The position numbers and the translations under genes were made by a program. Of a stretch of DNA of 64,000 nucleotides, positions 33,096 to 45,456 are shown in pieces (position 1 is the stretch's first letter; every line of letters begins with the position of its first letter). Source of the stretch: an uncultured Nitrososphaerales archaeon (GTDB lineage: Archaea > Thermoproteota > Nitrososphaeria > Nitrososphaerales > Nitrososphaeraceae); the NCBI GenBank assembly GCA_963713605.1, contig CAVQMO010000001.1, positions 320,001 to 384,000 of the forward strand, written 5' to 3'. Under the pieces are notes generated by a model. The model searched no databases. It was not told the DNA's origin and was given only the letters and a program-made list of their open reading frames with translations.

Positions 33096-33237
33096 GCCTT
33101 ATGTGTTATAGTGTAAGTACGACATTTTAGTAGTACATTCTAATTTATTATTGGTATATTTAGTCTATATAGATAAGGAGTGTCTATACGATCAACTATC
33201 GTAACGTGTTTTATCTTCTTTCACTAACTGAAATTTA

Positions 33238-34324
33238 TTGAGTTCAATTCCTGAAAATAATGAAATACGCAAGATCCAGTTTACAGGTAGATCTACTTAC
33301 ATTCTTTCGCTGCCGAAGAGATGGATGAGTGAAATGCGTCTTAAGGCAGGTGATCCCGTGACCATAGTACGTGAAGCAAACAACTATCTTTCGATAATTC
33401 CTAGTGCAGTCAGAGGCTCTAGTACTATCGATGAGGCTAACTCGACTGTACTTAGCACTGAATCGTCTAATACCATCAAACGAAAAGTAGTGTCCATGTA
33501 CTTGGCAGGCTATAACATTATTAATCTAAAATCAAAGACGGGGAGAATATTACCTTCACAAAGAGATGCCGTCAGGGACGTAGTACGAAGAAATTTGGTA
33601 GGCACGGAAATAATCGCCGATGCATCAGAGATAATAACCATTCAAGTGCTCCTGAGCTTGCCTGAACTCTCAATAAATACTGCTGTGAGGCGTATGTTCT
33701 TAATTGCCGCAGCAATGCATAGGGATGCAATGCTTTCATTGGCAGAATTAAATCACGAATTGGCAGAAGCAGTTATAAACTCAGATGATGAGGTAGATAG
33801 ATTTAGTCTATATATTTTGCGGAATCTTGTAATCGCTACTCAAAATGAGAGGATTTTGCAAGAGATTGGGCTAAGAAAACCTTCTGATTGTTTGAGCTAC
33901 AGGGTCGCAGTAAAAAGCATTGAGCGAATTGCAGATCATGCTTCAGGGATCGCCGATAAATGCGTCGCGATAAAGGATAAAATTGACAGGGATACACTGG
34001 CAGCACATCGATAGTATGAGTAAGCGGTCTCTTGCGCTTATTACAGATTCAGTAGAGGCTTTTTTGCGTAGAGATTATTCCCTCGCGGATAGTATCGTCG
34101 ATAAGGCTAATGATATGCGGCTAATCGAGAATGAGGTACTTTCACATATTGACACTAGTGAATCATTTTCGTCGGGATCCAGGAGTCTCAACATCAAGCT
34201 AATATTGGAGGATATTCGAAGAACAGCTGAGCATGCAGGTGATATTGCTGAAGCGGCTATGAACCAGACCATTCGAGGTGTAATAGACTTAAACAAAAGT
34301 TCCAGGCTCGGCAACACTTCCTGA
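33238..34324 (+). CDS. AbrB-domain PhoU-family regulator (frameshift at ~34005)
   Basis: RKIQFTGRSTYILSLPKRW AbrB domain; DDEVDR; ERIADHA; IRRTAEH. Confidence 0.9.
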
Positions 34325-34589
34325 ATAGTCTACAACAGCCATGACTTGAATCTCATTCGCTCAGTTTTGATCCAACCATTCTGACCTTTCAGACTTTTTC
34401 GTGGATCATCATCTTGGGCCTATTTTGTAGGCTATCAAGACTAATGCACCTACCGAGATGAAACATCTTTCACGAACCATCAAGAGGTAATAGAATGGTA
34501 CATACTGAAATGTTACTTGAAATCTATGAGGACAAGACGTTTGCAGTTGGATAACGTAAGCCCATACTTGGATGTCTAATTGAACCTAC

Positions 34590-35162
34590 TTACTCTTCTC
34601 CAACTACCATAGCAGCGGCATCTCGAAGTGACTTGATTCTCAATGGCCATTGGAAATCTTTGTTCCATGGCTGGTCAAATAGTAGCCCAACCTTTGGTGC
34701 AGTAATGTCAATGAGATTGGTAGGAGAGTCATCCAGTATGAAATCGAAAGGGTACTCTGATTTTGGCATGGAATCGTATACGAATATTAGGTCGTCTGAA
34801 AAAATATCGTGATGATCGAGCCATTTTGCTACATAAGATACGGTTGGTCTCTCTCTCCTGGTAAGTATTGAAATCCTAAAACCGCGCTTGTGTATGTTTT
34901 CTATAAAGCTATTTTGATTGGACTCGCAAGGCGGAATCTCTTCCCACCGATATTCCCATACATAATTAAATAATTTCGAAATCTCTTCAGGAGCAATCGG
35001 AAGAATTTTGGAAATATCCCACGCATAGATATCATTCTTGGTGATACTCGTATGGTGCCTTTCATTGTATTCCTTTACCCAAATAACCATCGTGTCTGCC
35101 AAGACCGAATCAAAATCTAGCGCAAAAGTCTTAGCAGGTCCCAATACGTTCAAAATGTTCAA
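34590..35162 (-). CDS. HAD-family 5'(3')-deoxyribonucleotidase-like protein
   Basis: ALDFDSVLAD, ILDDSP.N, FDQPWN. Confidence 0.85.
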   Translation of the reverse strand: MNILNVLGPAKTFALDFDSVLADTMVIWVKEYNERHHTSITKNDIYAWDISKILPIAPEEISKLFNYVWEYRWEEIPPCESNQNSFIENIHKRGFRISILTRRERPTVSYVAKWLDHHDIFSDDLIFVYDSMPKSEYPFDFILDDSPTNLIDITAPKVGLLFDQPWNKDFQWPLRIKSLRDAAAMVVGEE

Positions 35163-35616
35163 AGGAAGTAAGAAAAGAGATTATAAAACTGTTAATATTT
35201 TTAGAGTCGCAGGATATCGGAAGATTGATAGTTTAGTTATTGACTCAAATCAGAAATCATAGTGATATGATTTCTATGATTAGGTAATATCCGTGACGAA
35301 TCAGTGGCAGGGCTATTTAGGATTATTTTTAAACAGGAGGCTTGTCATTAAACTAGGGCAACAAGTACTTTCAATAGGTTAAGTAAAGAATTGATGTTAC
35401 CATCAATGGTAATATGAGACAATTCATTATGTTGATATCATGTAGATCCTGTAAAGTTGTATTGATTCTTCCAAGAATTCCAAAAATAACAATTTGCATC
35501 CTAAATTTTGATTTTCGTGCGCCGTTAGTTATAGTTGACATTAATAGGCTAATAATAACTGATTAAGTTACCGTTTTCAAACGAATCTTTGATCTCACAG
35601 ATAAAAAATATAATAT

Positions 35617-36145
35617 ATGGTATGCCAACTAAATAGGTCAAAATTGGAACTTTATGTAATGCGCCATGGGGAGGCGATCAAGAATATTCGATCTGGTCCA
35701 TCTGCCTCTGATGCCAATCGACCTCTAACCATGTCGGGTAAAAAAGAAATAGAAGAGATTTCATATTTTCTGAAAAAGCTGAACATCAAATTTAGTCTGA
35801 TTATCTCTAGTCCGCTGAAAAGGGCACATCAGACAGCATTTATTGTGTCCAAGATTTTCAAGGTCGCCAACAATTTGGAAGATTGGGACGAACTTAAACC
35901 AGAGGCGGCTAAGCAGCTCTTCGTTGATAAACTTTCCAAACTAAAGGAAGATTCTACAATTCTCCTGGTGGGCCATGAACCTTTTCTTAGTTCGTTTATA
36001 TCCGAAATTGCATTTGGAAATCCAAGAGGAAATCTTGTGCTAAAGAAAGGAGGCTTCGCGAAGTCTTAGGGTTCAGTCGAATTTTCCCAAAATGACTGCC
36101 GAGTTACGCTGGCTATTGAGTCCCAGATTGATGCGAAGGTCGTAA
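35617..36145 (+). CDS. sixA: Phosphohistidine phosphatase SixA (frameshift near C-terminus)
   Basis: MRHGEA, RPLT, SSPLKRAHQTA, LVGHEP, LKKGG, ELRWLL.P. Confidence 0.9.
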
Positions 36146-36214
36146 GCTCTTTTGAGCATTCTCTTGGAGATTTGGATAGTTGCAAGATCTACTCGGTCAC
36201 CTAGTCCATAGGAA

Positions 36215-37775
36215 ATGAAAGGCTCTCTGTTATTGATTTAGGGTACAATTCCATTAAATTAGTATCCTATAGCGTTAACTCTGATGGCACATTTGGGGCT
36301 TATGAAAGAAGAAGCATTAAGACAAAAATCGGTAAGGGACTAACTGAAAGCGGTTATCTTAGTGAGGCAGCCAAAAGAGATACGATTGAAAGTCTAAGGC
36401 TATTTAGAGATATATTAGTATCTGACGACGTAAAAAATATCCTGGCGGTGGCAACGAGTGCCGTGCGAGAGGCAAAGGATAGAGATAGGTTTATTTCTGA
36501 TATTTACGAAAAGACCGGATTCTCATTTAGGGTACTCTCACATGAAGAAGAATCGTATTATTCATGGTGTGGATCTCTCCATTCCATGTGTATTTCAGAC
36601 GCGCTTTTCTTCGATCTTGGCGGAGGGAGCTTGGAGTTAGTACACTCTGAGGATTTCAAGATTCGCAATCATCTCTCACTTCCATTAGGGGCCCTACGAA
36701 TGGCGAGAATGTTGAATCAGAAAAACGAAGACCTGGGAAAAAAGTACGTCCGAAAACGTCTCATGAAGCTCGAACAGCGCATTCTAAAATCACTCCCAGA
36801 TAGGAAACAGTTCGCTTTTAGTCCTGATGTTACCCTTGTAGGAGTAGGGGGGACACTCCGAACAGTAGCACAATACGACCAAGATCTAACCAACTATCCT
36901 TTGGATAAAATCAATAATTATAAGATAAAATTTGAACATATGGAAGAAATAACTGAAAAACTATCAGATATGTCGATAGCTGAAATCACCGAAATTGTAT
37001 CAGTAGGAAGTAGCAGAGCTGATACAATTGTCCCTGGGATGTTACGTCATATCCTCGCTTATGAGAAAACTTGGGTATGATTCTGTCGTAGTAAGTACTG
37101 AAGGATTAAGAGAAGGTCTAGTACTCTCTTTCGTTAACGATCCTAGGTATCTATCTTCAGACAACACTCAGCCAACTCTACGTTCGCAAGTCGAGCACAT
37201 TGTCAAGTCGGGTTGCAGGCCCATGTCCCCACCAAGTCGTTACCACGACTTTCTGGAGACGTTATTATCTGCTGGATTATTAAAGGAGCGAGAACTTCAA
37301 ATCTTGATTGAAGCTCTTCAACGGATCCGTCAATTCCATAGCATCGTCAATACAAACACTTTGTTCTATGCCTTGATAGATGATGAATACAAGAATCTAA
37401 GCCACGGTGAGCTGCTAGTTCTATGCCTTTCCATAATATACTCAAAGAAGCAAAAGGCTTCTAATCGCTTATTTGCTAAGTATAAGTCGATTCTTCACAC
37501 ACCGCAAAACAGAAGATCGATCGAAAAGATATCTTCTTGTCTCAACTTTATTGCTGCCAATTGAAAAAAGTCATGCAACTATACGTCGTGTAGTGTACGA
37601 CGGAAACATCTTCCAAATCGATCTCAGATGTAATGATTTGTCCAAATTTCCAAGATACTTGTTTGAAGAAGCAAAAAAATCCTTAATCTTGTCGCTGGGC
37701 ATCCCAGTGGATTACAATTTACAATTAGAATCGAATGACATCAAGATGAAGGTTGAGGACAAGAGCATTTTTTGA
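36215..37775 (+). CDS. ppx: Ppx/GppA exopolyphosphatase (frameshifted)
   Basis: VIDLGYNSIK, ATSAVREA, DLGGGSLE, GGT.R, RADTI..G, GLREG. Confidence 0.88.
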
Positions 37776-38622
37776 AAGTAGGAAAATGACCCAAGCAGAA
37801 ATGCCTCTTTTCGGATGTCACCGCTCTATGATTTGAACCTAGAGTCAGACATCAATGAGTCAAGCTAGTCGGGATGGGTTATGTACTCCATTAGCATTAC
37901 TTCGGGTATCTTGCACTATTCAATATTTTTCAAGTCAATTATACTAGTCATACACACCATTAGGTCAATATGTAACTGGGGAATATATTGATTATATGGA
38001 TTATTATTTCCTATATAATATACCATAGAATTCATACATAATCCGTATATGCCAGCCAGCTATAATTCTAGAAAAGTGTAAGAATTCAAATGCGAACGAA
38101 AGGGACATCAAATGAACACATCGATGAGGCACTAGTAGTGAGACTTCGAAATCGAACAAACAATAACTTGTTTATCAGACTCTATGAGCAAAAAAGTATT
38201 CATAATTATGATCAGAGTGGAGCATAGGTTTTCTCAATCTAATCATACTTATTTACCAATTGTTCATTATTTTACAATATGGTGTCATGAGGCTTCAAAT
38301 TGTGTATCAGAATCATGACTTGTCAAAAATGCTCTTATTGTAATTCGTTCCAGGATGATTGCATCTCATCCTTAGAAAACGATTGGAGCTCAGTTTCGCT
38401 TTTTCAAACTGGGTTTTTGGCTTGATACCATTCTTAAGATAAGGAATTAAGGCATTTATTTCCTACAAGAAAACCAACATGTTAGTCACAATTTTCTTTA
38501 ACAGCAAAATACCGTACCTATAGCTCTTAAATAAGCATAGGAGAGAACGAGAACGTATGAGACGCACACTCTTTTGAGAAGGGAACTAACCAATGTTCTT
38601 CGCGATTCATCCATTTTTCATA

Positions 38623-38844
38623 TTACTCTGTTCGAATCCTATTCTTGTAGTTCTTTCGAACCTCCAAGGAGATCGTCATTAAACCAATGCCAAATGGTAT
38701 TGCCACAATTCCAAGAAGCATAGACAAAGAAGTGTAAGGTTCGTCTCCAAAGCTCCATTTCATAAATGTGACTGAACCCACTAGAAGTAACATTAGAGGT
38801 ACATTCATGCCCACTGCCATGGCCGCTATGAGTAACGGATGCAA
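38623..38844 (-). CDS. Small two-TM membrane protein
   Basis: Two hydrophobic segments and a basic tail. Confidence 0.6.
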   Translation of the reverse strand: MHPLLIAAMAVGMNVPLMLLLVGSVTFMKWSFGDEPYTSLSMLLGIVAIPFGIGLMTISLEVRKNYKNRIRTE

Positions 38845-39031
38845 TTTAGCAAAATGTATTGGCCGTTAGTATTTATAAATATTAGAGAGTAGAATGAACA
38901 CCAACAATGGAATAGAATGAATACCGATGATACATTTGAGACATGAGAGATGATCCAATCTTGTTTTTAAACGCGTTATATCAAGCCGAACCTTTTTGCC
39001 TCCATGAGTATTTTTAACGTGAAGGAGCTGA

Positions 39032-39343
39032 TTATCGGACCCAGGGCCAGACTTCAATTCCTCTCACCATACATTGCTTTCTGATTATTACCCGTGCTCG
39101 TTCAGCCGCTTCCTGTTCGCCGATCTTTTTACCCAAATATTGCAAGATGATCTCTTCATAGAGTTTTTTGGCTCGCTCTTCGGTAAATTCTTTATAATTT
39201 GAAAATTTAAATCTTGATGATCGACGTCGTTCTTTTCTTGTTTGCTCAGAAATGTCATGATGTCCTTTCAAATCTGCATACTCTCTCTTGCATTCTGCAC
39301 AGTTGTCGTCAAAGAAATCTGAATGAACTGTGCATTTTGACAT
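39032..39343 (-). CDS. Hypothetical protein with N-terminal CxxH-x7-CxxC motif
   Basis: MSKCTVHSDFFDDNCAEC. Confidence 0.65.
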   Translation of the reverse strand: MSKCTVHSDFFDDNCAECKREYADLKGHHDISEQTRKERRRSSRFKFSNYKEFTEERAKKLYEEIILQYLGKKIGEQEAAERARVIIRKQCMVRGIEVWPWVR

Positions 39344-39696
39344 TACCTTGAAATCTCTTCCGTAGTATATTAAGAGCATCAATTCCAATCTATTCGAATC
39401 AATGGATATAAGAGATCATCTCCATAAATCCAATACTGACGCGCAAAAGGAAAGCTATAAGATTTGTGGGCTCGTGAATATGCTGGACTGCAGCTTTAAT
39501 TTAGATCAATGCTACGCCGATTGCAGCTTTATTATTCCCAATTTTCTTTTGACATGGAGCTGACTGCTGAGTCTAAGAAAAATTCTTTACATTCAAATTA
39601 ACACGTCGGGTTTCTCACATTATTGATGATTATTTGGCCCAATAACACCTCCCTAGTGTGAAATTAAATAGGGCATCTAAATTATTCCCCTCTATC

Positions 39697-40524
39697 ATGA
39701 TAGATGCAATCCAGGCACTGATCCTAGGTATTGTTCAAGGACTGACAGAATGGCTCCCCATTTCCAGCTCTGGGCATTTGGCCTTAATCCAACTTGCCAT
39801 GAATCTTCAAGTTCCAATTTTTTTTGATATCATTTTGCATCTGGGTACGCTTGCAGCGGTTATTGGGATCTATCGACGAGAACTATTATCGATTCTAAAG
39901 TCGGTGAAATCGATTCGCCAAAAAAAAGGCTATAATGCAGAAGTAGAGCTCAAGAGCATCAAGTGGGGTAGAAGGTATCTATTACTTATTATTCTGGGAA
40001 TGATTCCTACGGCTTTGATGGGAGTAGGGTTCAGATCAGTCTTCGAGGAATCCTTCTACAGTATGTGGTCAATAGGATTGGGCTTCATAGTAAGCGGAGC
40101 CATGATATTTGTCACAAAGTTTGTCGACAAGGGTACAAATTCAATAGGAAAAGTCGATGCCGTCCTAATTGGTATTGGACAAGGACTTTCCATTTTCTCA
40201 AGCATTTCAAGAAGTGGAACAACTATTTCAATTGGGATGTTCAGGCACATTGAAAGATCAGAACTAATCACTTATTCATTCTTACTTTCAATTCCAGCTA
40301 TTTTAGGTGCAGGGTTGTATGACCTAGTTTTCGCAGATAACATTTCTCACGTTGAAATTTATCAAATTCCCTTACAATCTTATATAATCGGGACACTCTC
40401 AGCTGCTTCGGTAGGATACGTTTCAATAAAATTTCTAATTAACGTCATCAACAAAGGAGAATTCTACCTATTCTCGTTTTATTGCTTTTTAATAGGATCG
40501 CTAATACTAGTCAGCCTTATCTAA
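39697..40524 (+). CDS. uppP: Polyprenyl (undecaprenyl)-diphosphate phosphatase
   Basis: GIVQGLTEWLPISSSGHL, HLGT, SRSG.TI, SFLLSIP. Confidence 0.93.
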   Translation: MIDAIQALILGIVQGLTEWLPISSSGHLALIQLAMNLQVPIFFDIILHLGTLAAVIGIYRRELLSILKSVKSIRQKKGYNAEVELKSIKWGRRYLLLIILGMIPTALMGVGFRSVFEESFYSMWSIGLGFIVSGAMIFVTKFVDKGTNSIGKVDAVLIGIGQGLSIFSSISRSGTTISIGMFRHIERSELITYSFLLSIPAILGAGLYDLVFADNISHVEIYQIPLQSYIIGTLSAASVGYVSIKFLINVINKGEFYLFSFYCFLIGSLILVSLI

Positions 40525-40696
40525 CTAATAAGGTAAAAAAATATGACTACACTTCCTGAAACTAGAATATAGGATAGTGCTCACAAAATTTACACTGAAA
40601 GTTTATCTAACTAAACATTACATTCAATGTTACGACTAAATTTTATTCATATTTGTGACATATAGTTTTTAAGATGCTGCAAAAGTAAGAAACATA

Positions 40697-40927
40697 TTGA
40701 TTGACTTTTCCAAACTGAAGTACAGGGTAAACTATAACCAGTCTGTGTATAATTTCAGGACAAGAAGATATGAAAGTAAGGATGCTACCTACAATAGCTA
40801 CGAGCAGGCCAGAGCGAACCAATGGAAGTGCGAAAAATGTTCAGAGTTGTTTGGAACCTTGAAAGAACTAAAGCTCCATAAAATAGACTCCATTCCTACT
40901 AAAACAGATGAATGGGTTCTCTTCTAG
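40697..40927 (+). CDS. C2H2 zinc-finger protein
   Basis: WKCEKCSELFGTLKELKLHKIDS; restoring one C at ~40890 gives the terminal HSY* (stop 40900-40902). Confidence 0.75.
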   Translation: MIDFSKLKYRVNYNQSVYNFRTRRYESKDATYNSYEQARANQWKCEKCSELFGTLKELKLHKIDSIPTKTDEWVLF

Positions 40928-41364
40928 AGAACTTAAAATCGTATTACTGATTTAAGGATACCGAATGAAAGTCTTGCAAGATAGGCTAAAGGAATCTTCT
41001 GATTATTCTGGTTCATTTCCCATAGTTAAATGCAAGAGGATTTGACAGTTAATTGGAATATAATAATATGAGGCCACTATCTATAACTGAGTTAGTGTTT
41101 GAAATTTGGTTAGCTACGTAGATATTGTTATTGGAAGGGTTATAAAGTAATTGTTCCGGGAACTGCCAACTGTTATATTCTTTGTTAATTAATTAATTGT
41201 GAGATTATAGTGGTACTGGTACTACTCTACCTTATAATACAATCAAACATCATTCTTACGACTTGGGATAATCGTCAATGATTTCCAATGTGCAACTCAC
41301 TATTGGTCTCTTTTTTTGAAAATAGCCCAAGGATCCGCAACCGAAACTGTTGATGCTATATGGG

Positions 41365-42159
41365 TCAGAACTTGCTGCCAATCCAACATATTTTTAAAGG
41401 CCTTGCCTTATGAGCATTTCTTTTGATTGTTTGCTCAATCCTGGCTAGTTTCTTATTTGAAATTTTATTACCCTGAGGCTCATCTGCGTCCCTTGGCTCT
41501 GTGGACTCCAGATTCTTAAGAACTTCATCAATTTCGTCGTAATTAACTCCAAGCTCTTCTTCAGCGGTTTGGTCTTTCCATAATCGAGGGCTGCTCTTCT
41601 TTTGTCGGATTGATAGTGGAAGTTCTAAATATTCGGCAAGCTCCATGACCTGGGTTTTGTAGAGGTCCCCTAGTGGAAACAAATCCGCCGCTCCGTCTCC
41701 AAACTTTGTGTAATACCCAAGCGATAACTCACTCTTATCTGATGTTCCTAAGACTAGTCCATTATAGATGAATGAATAATAGTACAGGATACACATTCTT
41801 ATTCTGGCACTTAAATTCCCCTCTGCGTATGAGTTCCTGGGAAGATCGGCGAGGAACTCTGACTTGATACTATTTATGTTCATAGTTTTATATTCTATTC
41901 GTAGACTCCTCGCAAGTTCAATTGCGTCATCTACATCCAAGTTTGGAGTTATAGGAAAATCCGGGAGTATTATTGAAAGCACACTTTTATTCGATAACGC
42001 TCTTACAGCCAAACAAACAGTAACCGACGAGTCAAGTCCTCCGCTCAGGCCAACAACTACTTTTTCACGTTTGGTCTCTTGTAGTTCATGTTTGAGGAAT
42101 TTTTCTATTAAGTCACATATAGCCTCGTAACTTACTGTCACACCTGGTAAAAGCGTCAA
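41365..42159 (-). CDS. nadE: NH3-dependent NAD+ synthetase
   Basis: GLSGGLDS, GN..ARIRM, GTSDKSE, GYYTKFGDG. Confidence 0.95.
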   Translation of the reverse strand: MTLLPGVTVSYEAICDLIEKFLKHELQETKREKVVVGLSGGLDSSVTVCLAVRALSNKSVLSIILPDFPITPNLDVDDAIELARSLRIEYKTMNINSIKSEFLADLPRNSYAEGNLSARIRMCILYYYSFIYNGLVLGTSDKSELSLGYYTKFGDGAADLFPLGDLYKTQVMELAEYLELPLSIRQKKSSPRLWKDQTAEEELGVNYDEIDEVLKNLESTEPRDADEPQGNKISNKKLARIEQTIKRNAHKARPLKICWIGSKF

Positions 42160-42391
42160 TTACAATATTTTTGTTACCATTAGATGTTTAATTCTATGAG
42201 AAATTTGTACTTATTTGCCCAATATATTCGTAAGAAAACATCCAATAAACGGAGGGGAATGGCCCCCTATTCGATCGAGTAGATACTCAATTGGTCAAAT
42301 TGAATCACACGTCGTACAACAACCACGAAATCTGGAGGGACAGTAATGCTAATATTCTGTTTTCTGCTTCCAACTGTCTGCTTAGAAGTTC

Positions 42392-43382
42392 ATGTCAAGT
42401 AAGCATCAGGTTATATCAAATTTAATGTGGGTAGAGAAATACCGTCCATCTACACTTGAAGAGATAGCAAATCAAAGTGATATTATCAGAGGACTCCAAA
42501 ATCTTATTAAGAAACCTAATGAAATACCCCATTTCATATTTGCAGGCCCAGCCGGAGTTGGCAAGACTACGGCAGCCTTGTGCATTGCCAAAGAATTATT
42601 GGGAGAAAATTGGAAAAGGGATACGCTTGAGTTGAATGCCTCAGACGAACGAGGTATTAAGATGGTCCGTGAACGTGTTAAGGAATTCGCGGCTGTAATG
42701 AAGTTCTCATCTGCTACAGAAAGTAATGATAAGCCCTATCGCATCATAATTCTTGATGAAGCCGACGAGATGACCTCTGAAGCTCAGACTGCATTGAGGA
42801 GAATTATCGAAGATAGTTCAAGGACGACTCGTTTTATCATCATATGCAACTATCTTTCCCAACTGATCGAACCTATACAAAGTCGATGTGTAATATTTCG
42901 CTTCACCAGATTACCTAAGAAGGAAGTGGAGGCCCATTTATCAGAAATCTGTAGACAAGAAGGAATAGAATTTGACGATAGAGCCCTCTCTAAAATCTAC
43001 GATTCTACTTCAGGAGACCTTCGCCATTCTATCAACATTCTGCAGTCTGCAGCGACTAATGACAATATAACCACTGAAAAGGTGGAATTGTCTATCGGGT
43101 TATCTGGTAGGGCAAAAGCAGGCGAAGTCATTAAACTTGCCCTTGCGGGTAAGTTTAATGAAGCCAGAGTAATGCTATTGGAATTGACCCAGGTGTTTGG
43201 TATGTCAGAAAAAGACTTCTTAAAATACGCGGCCCAAGAAGCTTTCTCAATGAAATTAAGTGATCCTGGAAAATTTGCTGAGCTTATGGCCGAGTACCGA
43301 CTACCGACTTAGCATTGGGGCACACGCCGATATCCAGCTTACGGCGTTTCTTGCCCAGATTAGTATGCTCGGCAAGAAATAG
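42392..43382 (+). CDS. rfcS: Replication factor C small subunit (3' frameshift)
   Basis: WVEKYRP, GPAGVGKT, ELNASDERG, DEAD, QSRC; no intein. Confidence 0.95.
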
Positions 43383-43593
43383 ATTTGTAAGTGTTTCATG
43401 GCCCTCAAGTTTCTATCTGGAAATCAGAGTTTTATTATGCTAAACAAATCAGGTCAAATTCACGTAAGGGATTCCAGACCATATTGTCTGAAATATCTGA
43501 GAGCCTATCACAATGCATTGAAAAAATATACGCATGGAATTAGAGTAGGATAACCTATATACATAATCGAGAGCATCGAGTGAGTGACTTACG

Positions 43594-43908
43594 TTGTCTG
43601 GTTCTACAGTATCATACAGAGACAGGATTTATATCGTTGAAGATATTATTATGAAACTGGCAGAATATGGTGAATTAAACCAAACAGCATTGATAAGTTT
43701 CTGTGGTCTAAACCTTAAGAAACATAAAGTGATTCTCGATGAAATGGAATCAAACAATCTGATTACAAGAAGGGAAAGATTGATTGGTAAGAAATCAGTT
43801 AGCGTTTACATGACCACTTCTGAAGGTCTAAGCTTTTTTAATACTATACTTGCCCCTTATGAAAAGATGTTTCCGCGAAGAAGAAATCAAGGCGAGTCAG
43901 ACTCCTGA
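43594..43908 (+). CDS. Winged-helix (HTH_45-like) regulator
   Basis: YRDRIYIVEDII...Y.TTSEG. Confidence 0.8.
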   Translation: MSGSTVSYRDRIYIVEDIIMKLAEYGELNQTALISFCGLNLKKHKVILDEMESNNLITRRERLIGKKSVSVYMTTSEGLSFFNTILAPYEKMFPRRRNQGESDS

Positions 43909-44017
43909 TTCAAAGTAGGCAAGAGTGGAGTGTGTGCACCTGAGGGCTGAATTTCTAAAAAAGTGCTAATACAAAATTAATACGAGTTATATATACCTGC
44001 AATTGTTGAATTACAAT

Positions 44018-44446
44018 TTATTCCAACCCAAACTGGGATGAAATCCTTCTATTAATTTCCCTTTTCTCATTTAGGTAGGCATTGTATCGACTATTCCATG
44101 AACCGATCTTTTTGTACTGCTTTATTCCTGCATAGAGCCAGATACATGAAATTGTAATCACAGACCCCAATAACACGACTAATACAGTGCCAAATTCATT
44201 TTCTATTTCTAGAATAGCAAAGAAAGATGGATGTCTTAACAAGAAGATCGAGAGACCGATAGCAATGGGGGCTAAGATTAAAGCGGAGATAGAAACACCT
44301 AAAAGTGTTTTTCTAATACTGAGGATTTGTTGAATGAATATATCCATTAATGTCAACACATTATCTCTTGCACTTATGGTCAAATCATCATCCTTGTTAT
44401 TGGCTATATTTTCGTCATCTCGGTGATTCGCCGCTCCGTTGTCCAT
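44018..44446 (-). CDS. Two-TM membrane protein
   Basis: Two hydrophobic helices. Confidence 0.7.
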   Translation of the reverse strand: MDNGAANHRDDENIANNKDDDLTISARDNVLTLMDIFIQQILSIRKTLLGVSISALILAPIAIGLSIFLLRHPSFFAILEIENEFGTVLVVLLGSVITISCIWLYAGIKQYKKIGSWNSRYNAYLNEKREINRRISSQFGLE

Positions 44447-44696
44447 ATCCGCGTCTTTAGTGATTAACGGGCTGTTCCTTTATTTATCTTATGATTAACA
44501 TAGTTATTTAATCCGTCATATACGTATGCATTAGTTCTATTCTGCATGATATAGGGTCAATTGAGATGATGGACACTAGTGAATTTGCGAAGATTGCTCC
44601 GATCTAATTCTGTTGGTTGTCATCAGTGTCGGTCAAGAAATAAAAATTGCATAAAGCCTTTTTTAGACACCTCTCGCTAACCTTAAGTGCAATTGC

Positions 44697-45389
44697 ATGG
44701 AGGGAAAAATTCTCCTATTCGGAATTCTTTTTTTGTGCTTCATGTCTTCTACGACTCTTGACTTATACTCTGCTTCCCAAAATAATCTTGAAATAAATCA
44801 TGTTTCCAACTATGTGGATGAAAATAAAATCATGCATGTCCTTGGGGAATTGAAGAACATTGGTAACAAAGCTATGACGAATGTTACCATTGGGGCTACA
44901 TTTTTTGATTCAGAAGGCAAAATCATAAATGAATACAAGAGATCTGCTGAATTAAGAACCGTTAATCCCGGTTTTGTGACCCCTTTTGAAATTCTTTTCA
45001 TTGACCAGAAGACCGTCGATAAGGTAAATGACTTAAAACTACATGTAAATGGAACAGAAGCCGAACCTCAGCCTGTAAATCTCCAAATTAAGGTAGACTC
45101 ATCCAGACAAGATATTTTAGGCTTCTATTATATCAGCGGTGTCATATTCAATTCTGGACCAGCTAGTGCCAATAACTCAATTGCTATTGCCACGCTCTAC
45201 GATACGGGTGGTCGGGTTATAGCTATAGGAAGGGGCCTAGCCGAACCAAAAGATATCTCAAGCGATACTGGCGCAAGTTTCGGTTTGGCCATATTAGATA
45301 AACTTCAAACACCTAAAGGAAAAAGTTATTCGGTTGTAGCAGATTCAGATTCGTATGTTTCGAATCCAGCCATCGCTAAAGAAAAGTAG
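44697..45389 (+). CDS. Secreted FxLYD-domain protein (two domains)
   Basis: Signal peptide; GELKN...ATFFD..G; GVIFN...ATLYD..G. Confidence 0.85.
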   Translation: MEGKILLFGILFLCFMSSTTLDLYSASQNNLEINHVSNYVDENKIMHVLGELKNIGNKAMTNVTIGATFFDSEGKIINEYKRSAELRTVNPGFVTPFEILFIDQKTVDKVNDLKLHVNGTEAEPQPVNLQIKVDSSRQDILGFYYISGVIFNSGPASANNSIAIATLYDTGGRVIAIGRGLAEPKDISSDTGASFGLAILDKLQTPKGKSYSVVADSDSYVSNPAIAKEK

Positions 45390-45456
45390 ATAGTAGTCAA
45401 TAATTGATGTAAATGTAATCGTATTTCAGAATTTCACATTGAATCCGGAAACAAAT

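Noticed and set aside
37800..38600. Long AT-rich gap as a hidden gene or array
   Set aside because: Only short broken frames; no repeats or recognisable motifs.
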